The position numbers and the translations under genes were made by a program. Of a stretch of 46,308 bases of DNA, positions 1 to 9,574 are shown piece by piece. The notes beneath the pieces were generated by a model, which saw only the letters and a list, made by a program, of their open reading frames with translations, did no database searches and was not told the origin of the DNA. Position 1 is the stretch's first letter. Every line of letters starts with the position of its first letter. The stretch comes from Craspedostauros australis (taxonomy: Eukaryota), in the NCBI GenBank assembly GCA_030167865.1, contig JALAGF010006034.1:1-46308 (forward strand), read 5' to 3'.

Positions 1-133
1 AGCCGTCATTTGATTTAAATAGCCGTCATTCGATTCAAATAGCCGCGACTCGACTTAAATAGCCGTCATTAGATTTAAATAGCCCTCACTCGATTCAAAT
101 AGCCGTTATTAGATTTAAATAGCCGTCATTCGA
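1..133. repeat. 20-bp tandem repeat (consensus AGCCGTCATTCGATTTAAAT), about 6.5 degenerate copies, running into the window edge
   Basis: Units start at 1, 21, 41, 61, 81, 101 and 121. They lie head-to-tail with point substitutions and no spacers. Confidence 0.9.
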
Positions 134-423
134 ATTATTTAGAATGTCGAACTGTATGGTTTCTTAACTGACGGGACTCGATCAAGCCGGCGAGCTGCAT
201 CGTTGCCTCGCTGTGTTTATCCGAAGTAGGACCAACAGGATGCCTCCATAAGTTCTTCGAAGGAAGACTTGTTCTTCATCGATGTCAAAACGTCGCATTT
301 GGCTTTCTCGTGTCTGGGTGACAAAATCGTTCTTGGGTGTCGAATTAGTCGTACTAGTCGATTTTCGTTTCCGTTGCTTTTTGCCGGGTGTCCCTGGACT
401 GTTATTCCAAAGAAGAACCCTTG

Positions 424-431
424 TGACGTCA
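424..431. promoter_or_regulatory. CRE-like palindrome TGACGTCA (other copies at 7959, 23677 and 30016)
   Basis: Perfect palindrome about 240 bp upstream of the ATG at 672. TGACGT is a bZIP/aureochrome-type core. Function is not shown. Confidence 0.3.
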
Positions 432-671
432 TCGGCATCACATCAGACCAGCGCTTCGGATCTGTCTGTATTGATACCAGCGCAGCAGAGATAGCTCGGC
501 ATCAGTACACGTATGCATTGTGTGGTACTTCCATCGCACCAAGTACCATAGGTTATAGTCGTATGCAAAGCACAGCCACCGGAGCAGCCCGCAGTCCGAC
601 AACGCAGCACTGGATTGCAATCAGTGACGAGAGAGATGGCGGGGAGCAGACTACTTCCGTCATTGCGTGCG

Positions 672-1625
672 ATGAAGGTAGTCGCACTCTTTCTTGTGCT
701 CGTCTGCGGCCACACTGATGCATTGCTGTCCTCTCGCTTCAACGTCCACAGCCACCAAGGGTTGTCATGGTCGGCACTATCTGTCCATGGTCACAGCGGT
801 ACGCGCGTAGCCCTTGAGCCAACCCCATCCGATGAGGCCGATGATCACTTGCGGCTGCGGTCACACCCACATGCTCAGCCACGGGATCCAGAACAGCAGC
901 AGCGATGCTCCAGCCTAGTCAAGAACCGACGCCACGCAATCGGTGACATGATGGCGGCGCCCTCGCTCGCTGCTGCCGCGATGTTGTCTTCGCCTGCTTC
1001 TTCGAATGCTGCACCATTGGCAGCCGCAGCGCCGGCATCGACGCCCGCATACACGGCAGGGCCGTTCACGTTCGAGGTCCCCACCAATTGGAAGATCATC
1101 ATCCAGCCCAACCAAAAGAGCTTCTGGTTTGGCCAACTCGCAGGCGACAGCGCCAAGTTCACCCTCTTCTCCGCCATTGATCTTCAATCCGGCGCGGTCA
1201 TAACCATCAACGAAGAACGCGCTTGCAAGTCCGCAGCTGACTTTGCACGACAGGATGTCTGCGACTTTGTCCTCGACGTAGGCAACGGCTCGGCAGACAG
1301 GTCTAAGTTCGTCACCAAGCTCCTCATCCGCCACGATGATCGGGACAACGTATCTTTGCGAGGCACGACGGAGCTGCAATCCTACGAGGAGACTTCCTTC
1401 GACAAGCTTGATATTTTCGCCACCACCACCATACCCACCGGAGGCACGTACCGCGATACGATGGGATTGGATCGTCCGAACACGATCTCTCGCACGGTGC
1501 GCGCAAAGGCCATCATCGCTGATGACCTCGTCTACAGCCTGTGGTTGACTGCCCCATCCGACGAATGGAGGAAGCCTGTGGTTGGTACCAAGCTCCTGCA
1601 ACTCTGGAGTTCGATCGGATCATAA
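672..1625 (+). CDS. Plastid thylakoid-lumen protein, PsbP-like domain (probable)
   Basis: ATG at 672 gives a signal peptide MKVVALFLVLVCGHTDA|L and a Ser-rich transit region. A twin-arginine NRRHAIG, an Ala-rich hydrophobic stretch and an SNA|A lumen cleavage site follow. The mature part starts with a PsbP-like FTFEVPTNW and ends with YSLWLTAPSDEW. Confidence 0.55.
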   Translation: MKVVALFLVLVCGHTDALLSSRFNVHSHQGLSWSALSVHGHSGTRVALEPTPSDEADDHLRLRSHPHAQPRDPEQQQRCSSLVKNRRHAIGDMMAAPSLAAAAMLSSPASSNAAPLAAAAPASTPAYTAGPFTFEVPTNWKIIIQPNQKSFWFGQLAGDSAKFTLFSAIDLQSGAVITINEERACKSAADFARQDVCDFVLDVGNGSADRSKFVTKLLIRHDDRDNVSLRGTTELQSYEETSFDKLDIFATTTIPTGGTYRDTMGLDRPNTISRTVRAKAIIADDLVYSLWLTAPSDEWRKPVVGTKLLQLWSSIGS

Positions 1626-2490
1626 TCGTGCGGGTACGGCAGAACAGAACAGTGCACGCTCCAGAGCAGAACAGAGCGCAGCGAACCAAGGTTGCGGTTG
1701 GACCTACCATTGTTTGATCGAGTATGAATTGGCAGTGGCGACGACGACGACGACGACAAGAACGGCGACTGTGCCACTGTATGCGCGAGTAATCAAAAGG
1801 AATGCTCACCGAAAGTATTCCAGCATTATCATGCGAGCTCTCTCTCTCTCTCTCTCCAAAGAAGCGATGGAGTGGGGAAGCTCTGGACTGCACCAGAATA
1901 TCTACACAATAGAATCATTGGAGTAACGCTCCTGCTTTTGACGTATTATACATGCTAACACTTGTGAATTACGATCTATTGGTGACCATGCCAAGTCGTA
2001 TCTCATCGTATCGAACAAATGCTCACAACACACTGCTCATGCAAAACCACGTACTCTACAAGAATTGAGATTCTGCTGATATTCGACTCGATCGAATGGA
2101 ACCTCCCGGACCGCGTGCAGACCGGTGCCAACCAACACCAACAAAAACAAGAACCAAGAACAGAACAACCAGAAATGGCGGCTGCCCCAACCAATCACCA
2201 GACCAACGGCAACGGCAACGGAGCGGTGGGCCTGATACCCGCAGGCACATCGAGATCCTCACGAAGAAGAAAAGGGCCACCACCATTGTCATCAACATTG
2301 TCATCAACAGTATCAGCACTGCTTGACGAAGACCATCACCTGCTTCCATCCACTCGCAGCAATCTACCGCCAATCCGCAGCTTCCCTTCCTCCTATTTCG
2401 CACATCAACGTTTCGAGGCTCCCTCATCCATCCATCCATCCATCCACAACCCACTACGCTACAAGCGCAAAGCCCAAATACATTTCCATC

Positions 2491-3151
2491 ATGCCGCCCA
2501 AGAAGGTCAAGAAGGTGATGACATTGCCCATCAATGTCATCTTTTCACATTTGCAGGTGCGTCAACGCCTTCGTTTCTTCCTCTTTTATGTCGCTGCTGC
2601 AGTGGCGCATACGCGTGTGCATGGATATGTGCGGTGCCTGCGAGCGAGTGCTCGTGCTCAACTTTTCACACGCTCAACTGTTCACACGCAAGGATTCCAT
2701 GTGGGAGACGGCTGCTGCGGATGCCCATTCTTGATGATCTACTGTTTTCATCTTTCTTATTGTCCATCACATGAGGCGTCCACACTCACACCTTCATCTC
2801 ATTTCTCATTCGTCCCAATCGCTTCATGGTCACGCATGTATCTTGACGGAATCCTCATTATGAATGTTATGATCGGCGCCAATCACAACACGGCCAACGA
2901 CAAACATGAACGCTGACATTAACACCCATCCATGGCAGTCCAAAACGAGGGTACGCGTGTGGTTGTACGAAGACGGCAAGACGCAGATTGAGGGACAGAT
3001 CATTGGCTTCGACGAATACATGAACATGGTGCTGGATGATGCCGTTGAGATTGGCAAGGAGCGCACGGAGGTTGGAAGAATTTTGCTGAAGGGGGATGCC
3101 ATCACGTTACTGCAAGAGGCACAGCCAGGATCACCGATGAAGCAGGAGTAA
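2491..3151 (+). CDS. SNRPE: Small nuclear ribonucleoprotein SmE; exons 2491-2556 and 2939-3151
   Basis: Exon 1 [22 protein letters not shown] joins in phase 0 to [11 protein letters not shown]...[21 protein letters not shown]...[12 protein letters not shown], the Sm1/Sm2 motifs of SmE. Intron GTGCGT...CAG at 2557-2938, with a GCTGAC branch-like site near 2912. Confidence 0.95.
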
Positions 3152-3900
3152 GCACGTCTGCGGCAAGATCAGGCGAGAATTCTCTTGCGCGTACGAGCGC
3201 GGGTGGCAGTCCTACGTCAGAGCAGCGATGGCAGGGGGTGTTGTTGGCGCGAACGGTGCCGAATGAAACAGAGGACCAAATACGGAGCAACTCTACTCTG
3301 CGAGCACGTGCGTCAGCGGCAAAAGCGCCGATGGCAACGAAGAATCGCAACGCGCCAAGAAAGCTCCGTTGCTCTGACATCCATTTGTCCATCTCTCCCT
3401 CCCTTTCTCTCTGGAGAGACTGAGAGAGTTCTCTAGGGAGTACGTATGTGCCATTACTCGTACACGTAGCACTCACATCACAGTATAGCTCCCGCATTGC
3501 CAATGAAACAAGAGCATGTTCCGTTGGGAGCCCAAGGAATACTGGAGTTTTCTAGTATTCCAAGCAAGCAACTTGCTCCACACACGAGATTACATTCCAC
3601 TTCGACCAGAGTTCGTGCTCTACTTGAATTCTGTATAACTATGGCAAACTGATCTGCGCCCGTACGAATAGAGTATGCTCGTGTGCCAGCACAAAGAGGC
3701 GGGCCCGCTGCACGCCACTAACACACGAGTATAAACTATTAATACATAATGCAATATATTGCATAATATTTATTAGATGTAATAGGCTAGGTGGAGCGTC
3801 ACCCTGAGTGCGACTGTCACAAGCAAAAGCACGGGCATGGTCAAGGGCATGATCAATGACATGCTCTCTCTCTCTCGTCAGAGAACTGCTTTGGAACTCA

Positions 3901-4548
3901 TCATGTTTGCTTGTCGTCCATGAACTCATCCGGATCCAATCCCATGGATTTCAATCCGCTCTTGACACGAGGCGAGTTCATCACCGGCTCCAGCCCTTCC
4001 GCGCCCTTCGGTGCCTTCGTGGCGACCAGCTTGTTGACGTAGTACTTGACGGAGATGGTGGAAAGCGCGTAGACGAAGAGGAAGGACGCCGCTTGCTTGG
4101 GAACGACGTTGGAGTCGGATGTGCCGGCCAGCACATTCCTGGGGATCGACTTCCAATCCAGTCCTCGCGTCGTGATCTTCGACAGCAGATCGAAGGGCAC
4201 GAAGGGAACGATGGCCATGACGTTGCCCTTGTGCTCCGCCCCCAAGATGCGCAGCAGCATGAGGAAGAAGATGGAGATGAAGATGTTCGGTATCATGTGA
4301 CGTTGCGCCACCAGGCTGCACAGCTCCTCGAAATCACGTTTGGCGCGCTCGTGCCGCTTGGCGTGCTTCGTAGCATTCTTCTTGAGGTCGGCCTCGGCGC
4401 GATGCAGCGTCCAGCGTGCGCGTTCCATGCGGGAGACCACGGTCTTGTAGGAATCTCCGTTGTACACGCTGTATGTGGCGATGATATCGCAGATGGCTTG
4501 GACGACGCCCACCGTCATGGCGATGTTAATGATCTCGCTTCCTGTCAT
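3901..4548 (-). CDS. TMCO1: TMCO1/EMC3 (DUF106) family ER membrane protein, TMCO1-like
   Basis: 215 aa. N-terminal TM segment, a coiled-coil, then a second TM followed by MAIVPFVPF...ITTRGL and SFLFVYALSTISVK, matching the TMCO1 pattern. Confidence 0.75.
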   Translation of the reverse strand: MTGSEIINIAMTVGVVQAICDIIATYSVYNGDSYKTVVSRMERARWTLHRAEADLKKNATKHAKRHERAKRDFEELCSLVAQRHMIPNIFISIFFLMLLRILGAEHKGNVMAIVPFVPFDLLSKITTRGLDWKSIPRNVLAGTSDSNVVPKQAASFLFVYALSTISVKYYVNKLVATKAPKGAEGLEPVMNSPRVKSGLKSMGLDPDEFMDDKQT

Positions 4549-5451
4549 GGTCGGTGTTCAATACTGGCAGAGTAGAGTAGAGTAGAGTGGAGTAGATTAG
4601 AGTACAGGATACTTGTATGGTGCGGATAGGCCTCGTTCTCGTTCTTGTGTTCGTGTCTGTACTCTTGGGCTTGCGCTTGCACGAGTATGTATTCGTACTC
4701 TCCGGAGAGTAGCTCGTGTTGGTGCGAGTGTCAGGGCTGCTGCTGCTGAACTTTGCTCTGTGTTGCTGTTGGTTTGGCTGGATGTGGGTGATTGGATTGG
4801 CTCTTGTAGAATGGCATCCACTGTGCGTTGCTGCTGCTGCTCTTCGGCTATCCATCAAAGTTGCGACCACTCAAGATGGATGATGATGGTGCCCTCCCTT
4901 CATGGACTGCCACCAGAGAGAGGGCAACAGAACATCAACCAACGCAATCACACCCAATCAGCCCATCAACAAACAAGGCAACCAAGATCTTTGCCGGCGA
5001 CGATCTGTCTGATTGGGTCGAAGGAGTCGTATGCAGGAAAACTGCACAACAGTTCCAGTGGCGCCAAAACGGGTGCACAAGCAAGATGCATCTGGCAGAT
5101 TCTTTGTTGGTGCCCTGTCGTAGTAAGCTGTGATCAACATCAACGCTGATGGCAGCAACAGCAACAGCAACCGCACGAAGATGAGAGAAGAGGGGAAGCG
5201 GGGAACCGGGCAACGACACATCCACAACTCATACATCGGAGAGAGTGTTCTCAGTACATCGTACACAGCACGGCAGATCAACGCGGCAACGCCACCCATT
5301 TTCACCAGTTGAGAGGCAATCCTCACACAACCAGGGCACGTTCTCGTTCTCGTCATTGTCTTCATTCGATACAGTGGTTCATCTGCGAGTACTCGATTCG
5401 CAGAGAGAGAGAGAGCGAGAGAAGTACTCTGCTTTGCGCAATAAATAACTC

Positions 5452-7485
5452 ATGGATGCTGAAGCCAGAGTCTGCAACAACCTCAGTAGTGGTGGTAGCA
5501 GCAGGAGCCATTGCCCAAGCGTTGCTCGTGATGAGCGAGATGGTGATACCGGTGCCAATGACAGCAGCGGGAATCGCGAGAGTGGCATCGATCCTACCCG
5601 TACAACTCAAGTAATGGCATCAAGACCCATGTCGATATCCACGCCGATATCAAATGCATCTTCTAGTACACAACCTAGAGGGAAATCCAAGAAGAGGACG
5701 AGGAGTCGTATACATGGCGGTGGGACAAGTGACGCGGGACCCGAAACGGCGGAAGATTCGTCGATCCATGCTTTGTCGGTGCCGCGATCATCGTCACCCT
5801 TGCCTCGAGTACTGGCATGTGGGCACTACTGCATATCGAGCTCAAAGACCAACCTGCAATTCCCCACGTTTCTAATACGTCTACCGACGCATCAGCAGCC
5901 TCATGTTCAGAACCAGCGACAGGCGAAGAAAGCAGAGGAACAGATGCAGTGGCAGAGGCAAATGCTGGGACAAGGTACACAGCGATCGCCGGTGGATGGC
6001 GAGAGCGATGCAACTTCCCAACCCGCATCATCGGTCGCGCCTGGGTCGGTGGCGTGCAAACCTAGCCGCTGGAGATCGAAGCGAGATTTTCTGTTGTTGG
6101 GACGCGCGGCTGCGTCCACACTGAATCTCCGTCTCCCCAAATCGGCTTTATCCAAGCTCAGTGCAAACACTCCATGGATGAGACCTCGTGATAGCGGTAG
6201 TGATGGTGTTGCCACTGGTGGTGGTAGTGCTGCCGCTGCGGCTGCGGCTGTTTCAGCCGATACAGTGGACGAAGTGGAGGATGCATGTGCACAATCACAG
6301 GCCACTGATCATTACCACCCATCGATGAAGAAGAGCCTGTACTTGCTTGAATCGTTCCTCCAAGCCATCCACCACCAACATTCCACATTTGAGCAACTCA
6401 AGGAGGCTTGGATGTTGTTTTGCAGACCGACTGACACGGAAGGGTGCTTTCCGATAGCAGGTGAGGCCAGCGTTGACCCCTGTGAGCGCATCCAATCTAC
6501 CTGTGCAAATAGCGATGGCATCGTCGAGGCGGTTCATCGTCCGCATTCACATCAAGCACATCATTCGAAATCTGTACATGGAGAAGTGCGAGATGGGCGG
6601 AAGTGCGAGGAGATCTCGCCATCGCCGCAACCAACAATGGGTGCACCAGCAGGCGCAGCCGCATCTCAGCAATCGATGGCGACGACTACCTACCGATCCT
6701 CCAAGTTGGGACAATACTTTGCGGCGCCTGAGAATGCGGAACGCGTGGTGGAGATCCTGTTTGAGAATCATGTGCAGCCCCATCTCTCAGCCTCGTGCAA
6801 CTATCCAATTATCTTCCTGGAACCGAGCTGCGGCCACGGGGATATCATCCACGCGTTGACGGCGCACCTCGCACGGCTTTCCGTGCCGAATGAGCGGATC
6901 GCAATCATCGGAATGGACCTTGATCCCAACGCTATCGATACGTGCAGACGAAGGGATTTCGTTGGTGGGTACTCAATTACGTGGAGTCACGGCGACTTTC
7001 TCAATTCCAAACACAGCGACGGGTCGCTCGACGTTGCCACTTGTCACGGAGCTGCTAAACGGGAGCAAAGTCATCAGAAAGTACAACGACCCGGCGGCAA
7101 CAACGGCAGCAGCAATGGCAGCAACAGCAACAGAGTCTTGTTCTGCCTGGGAGGGCCGCCGTACTCGGCAGGAGCGGGGAACGGGTCATCCGACATGATG
7201 AGGGATTTGCCGGGACGCTTTGTGCGACACTGTGTGGAGGAATGGGACGCAAAGGCTGTTTGCTTCTTGATGCCAGCGAGGTGTAAACAGAGCCCCAACC
7301 CCGTGAGCGCCAACACATGGCATTGCCGAAGCTTTCGTTTGTCAAATTCCAAGTTTTACTTCCAAGGATCCCAGATCGTCACACAGCCATCCATCATCCA
7401 GCTCTTCTTTCCCACGAATGCCACCGCCTCCTTGCTGCCACCGGCGAGGAGGGCGAAACATGACGATCCCAACGACGAGCCATGA
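5452..7485 (+). CDS. SAM-dependent methyltransferase with N6-adenine (gamma-class) motif order and a long low-complexity, possibly PX-like N-terminus
   Basis: 677-aa ORF. The C-terminal part has KLGQYF (motif X), FLEPSCGHG (I), IGMDLD (II), GDFL (III), LGGPPY (IV-like) and CFLMP (VI-like). Confidence 0.7.
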   Translation: MDAEARVCNNLSSGGSSRSHCPSVARDERDGDTGANDSSGNRESGIDPTRTTQVMASRPMSISTPISNASSSTQPRGKSKKRTRSRIHGGGTSDAGPETAEDSSIHALSVPRSSSPLPRVLACGHYCISSSKTNLQFPTFLIRLPTHQQPHVQNQRQAKKAEEQMQWQRQMLGQGTQRSPVDGESDATSQPASSVAPGSVACKPSRWRSKRDFLLLGRAAASTLNLRLPKSALSKLSANTPWMRPRDSGSDGVATGGGSAAAAAAAVSADTVDEVEDACAQSQATDHYHPSMKKSLYLLESFLQAIHHQHSTFEQLKEAWMLFCRPTDTEGCFPIAGEASVDPCERIQSTCANSDGIVEAVHRPHSHQAHHSKSVHGEVRDGRKCEEISPSPQPTMGAPAGAAASQQSMATTTYRSSKLGQYFAAPENAERVVEILFENHVQPHLSASCNYPIIFLEPSCGHGDIIHALTAHLARLSVPNERIAIIGMDLDPNAIDTCRRRDFVGGYSITWSHGDFLNSKHSDGSLDVATCHGAAKREQSHQKVQRPGGNNGSSNGSNSNRVLFCLGGPPYSAGAGNGSSDMMRDLPGRFVRHCVEEWDAKAVCFLMPARCKQSPNPVSANTWHCRSFRLSNSKFYFQGSQIVTQPSIIQLFFPTNATASLLPPARRAKHDDPNDEP

Positions 7486-8569
7486 AGCCAACGGCGATGG
7501 CAAGAGAGCCACCAAGGAGAGTTTCGAAGACTTAAAATGACCTCTGGAGGATACGCGGACATCAAACACAGAGAGCCGCTTGCGCGTCTGACACGAGACG
7601 GTGAATTCAAGTTCAAATTTTGTCCGCAAGCCAGACGGCAACGCAGAGCGCCGCGTTTCAAAATGCTTTGTTGATCACAATCCAACCCGTGTCGTCAGGT
7701 CACAATGCAGTTTCCGTGATAGGCTCCTCGTGCCAAACATGAGAACCCAAACAAATCAGCTGCCTTGTCCCGGATTTCCTTGTCAAACAGACGTATTTCC
7801 TTCCGTTCACAGAAAGTTACGTCAAGCTGGCTCTTCACATTCCCTGTTGATGAGGCGCCCGGCGCGCATCTTTTGGCGCTTCAAGGACTAAATTGGACAC
7901 GAGGCCACGCACTTGTGACCATGTATCTTTCCGTTCAGTAGTGTAAAATGGAAAATGATGACGTCACATGCACGCTTCGCTCTCAATCGTGGATTTTCAT
8001 CGACGATCAAACTCATAGTTTAACGGCTCCTTGCCAAACAAATATGAGACGTCCTTGCGCCATCCCCGCCATCGGATGCAAGACCGGAGACGTGTGACTT
8101 CGTTTCTGGATGTGCCACATGGTTCAACAGCGCGTGGCCATCTCTTAAATTTTCGGCCGCATACCCAAGTCACAAAATATTCGGCATTTGCAGTTCAACA
8201 TCACTGCACTTTCTCGCGTTGCAGTGGCGGCGACAGAGTGATGGGGTTTTCACATGTCGCGGACAGAGGAGATGTTTGCTTCCTCTATCTGCTGCCGCAG
8301 TCGCGGTTGCCGCCATTGCCGCTTGTGTTGGGGCCGCTGCTGTATCTGCTGTCTCTGCTGTCTCCGTTTGTGTTTGTGTTCAGCGTGTTGGCGGTATGCG
8401 TCTAATCTTTTGGTGCTGCGCTTGCTGTGGCTTGCGAAGTGACATAAAACAGCAACTCTGGCACTCTTCGATCAGTCAACACATCAGCGAGACACCAACA
8501 CAAGCTACCACCAGCTTCCCCACCGCTCTCTGCACCCGCATCCAATCAAACAACCATCTCTATCCCATC

Positions 8570-9574
8570 ATGAAGCTCTCCCTCTTTGCCACCACCATCC
8601 TGGCCGTTGCCGCCCTCTCCAACGCCGAAGATGTCGCCAGCAACCGCGTCTTGAAATCCGACAAGTCTGACAAGAGCATGGACATGGATGGAATCTCCAA
8701 GAGCACCAAGTCCCCGAAGACTGACAAGGCTGACAAGGCCGCCAAGGCCAGCACTTCCCCAGACATGACCAAGATGCCCAAGACGTCCACTTCCCCAGAC
8801 ATGACCAAGATGCCAAAGATGTCTGCTTCCCCAGACATGACCAAGATGCCAAAGATGTCTACTTCCCCAGACATGACGAAGATGCCAAAGATGTCTACTT
8901 CCCCAGACATGACCAAGATGCCAAAGATGTCCGCCGGCCCAGATATGACGAAGATGCCAAAGATGGGCTCCGACATGACCAAGATGCCCAAGATGTCCGC
9001 CGGTCCAGACATGACCAAGATGCCAAAGATGTCCGCCGGTCCAGATATGACGAAGATGCCAAAGATGGGCTCCGACATGACCAAGATGCCAAAGATGTCA
9101 ACTTCACCAGACATGACCAAGATGCCAAAGATGTCTACTTCGCCTGACATGACCAAGATGCCGAAGATGTCCGCCGGTCCAGACATGACCAAGATGCCGA
9201 AGATGTCTGCTTCCCCAGACATGACCAAGATGCCTAAGATGTCCACTTCCCCAGACATGACCAAGATGCCAAAGTCTGACAAGGCCGACAAGGCTGCCAA
9301 GTCCAGCGAGTCTCCAGATATGACGAAATCACCAAAGTCTGACAAGGCTGACAAGGCTGCCAAGTCGGACAAGTCCAGCGAGTCTCCGGACATGACCAAG
9401 ATGCCCAAGATGTCTACTTCCCCAGACATGACCAAGATGCCCAAGATGTCGACTTCCCCAGACATGACCAAGATGCCAAAGATGTCGGCCGCTCCAGACA
9501 TGACCAAGATGCCTAAGATGTCGGCCGCCCCAGACATGACAAAGGCGCCAAAGATGGGAACGCGCCGAGTCTAA
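8570..9574 (+). CDS. Secreted Lys/Met/Pro/Ser-rich tandem-repeat protein, silaffin-like (334 aa)
   Basis: Signal peptide MKLSLFATTILAVAALSNA, an RVL (RXL) pro-peptide site, KxxK motifs and about 21 copies of a 12-aa (some 10-aa) unit MSTSPDMTKMPK. Confidence 0.8.
   Translation: MKLSLFATTILAVAALSNAEDVASNRVLKSDKSDKSMDMDGISKSTKSPKTDKADKAAKASTSPDMTKMPKTSTSPDMTKMPKMSASPDMTKMPKMSTSPDMTKMPKMSTSPDMTKMPKMSAGPDMTKMPKMGSDMTKMPKMSAGPDMTKMPKMSAGPDMTKMPKMGSDMTKMPKMSTSPDMTKMPKMSTSPDMTKMPKMSAGPDMTKMPKMSASPDMTKMPKMSTSPDMTKMPKSDKADKAAKSSESPDMTKSPKSDKADKAAKSDKSSESPDMTKMPKMSTSPDMTKMPKMSTSPDMTKMPKMSAAPDMTKMPKMSAAPDMTKAPKMGTRRV

Noticed and set aside
1..133. CRISPR array
   Set aside because: The repeats are contiguous with no unique spacers, there are no cas genes and the context is eukaryotic.
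8219..8569. N-terminal extension of the first repeat protein in the ORF track (likewise 35860-36123)
   Set aside because: These begin at non-ATG codons. The downstream ATG gives a clean signal peptide in good context.
8560..9537. Long hydrophobic antisense ORF (GILVMSG repeats)
   Set aside because: Mirror of the KMPK repeat gene. The plus strand has the signal peptide, RXL site and synonymous third-position variation.
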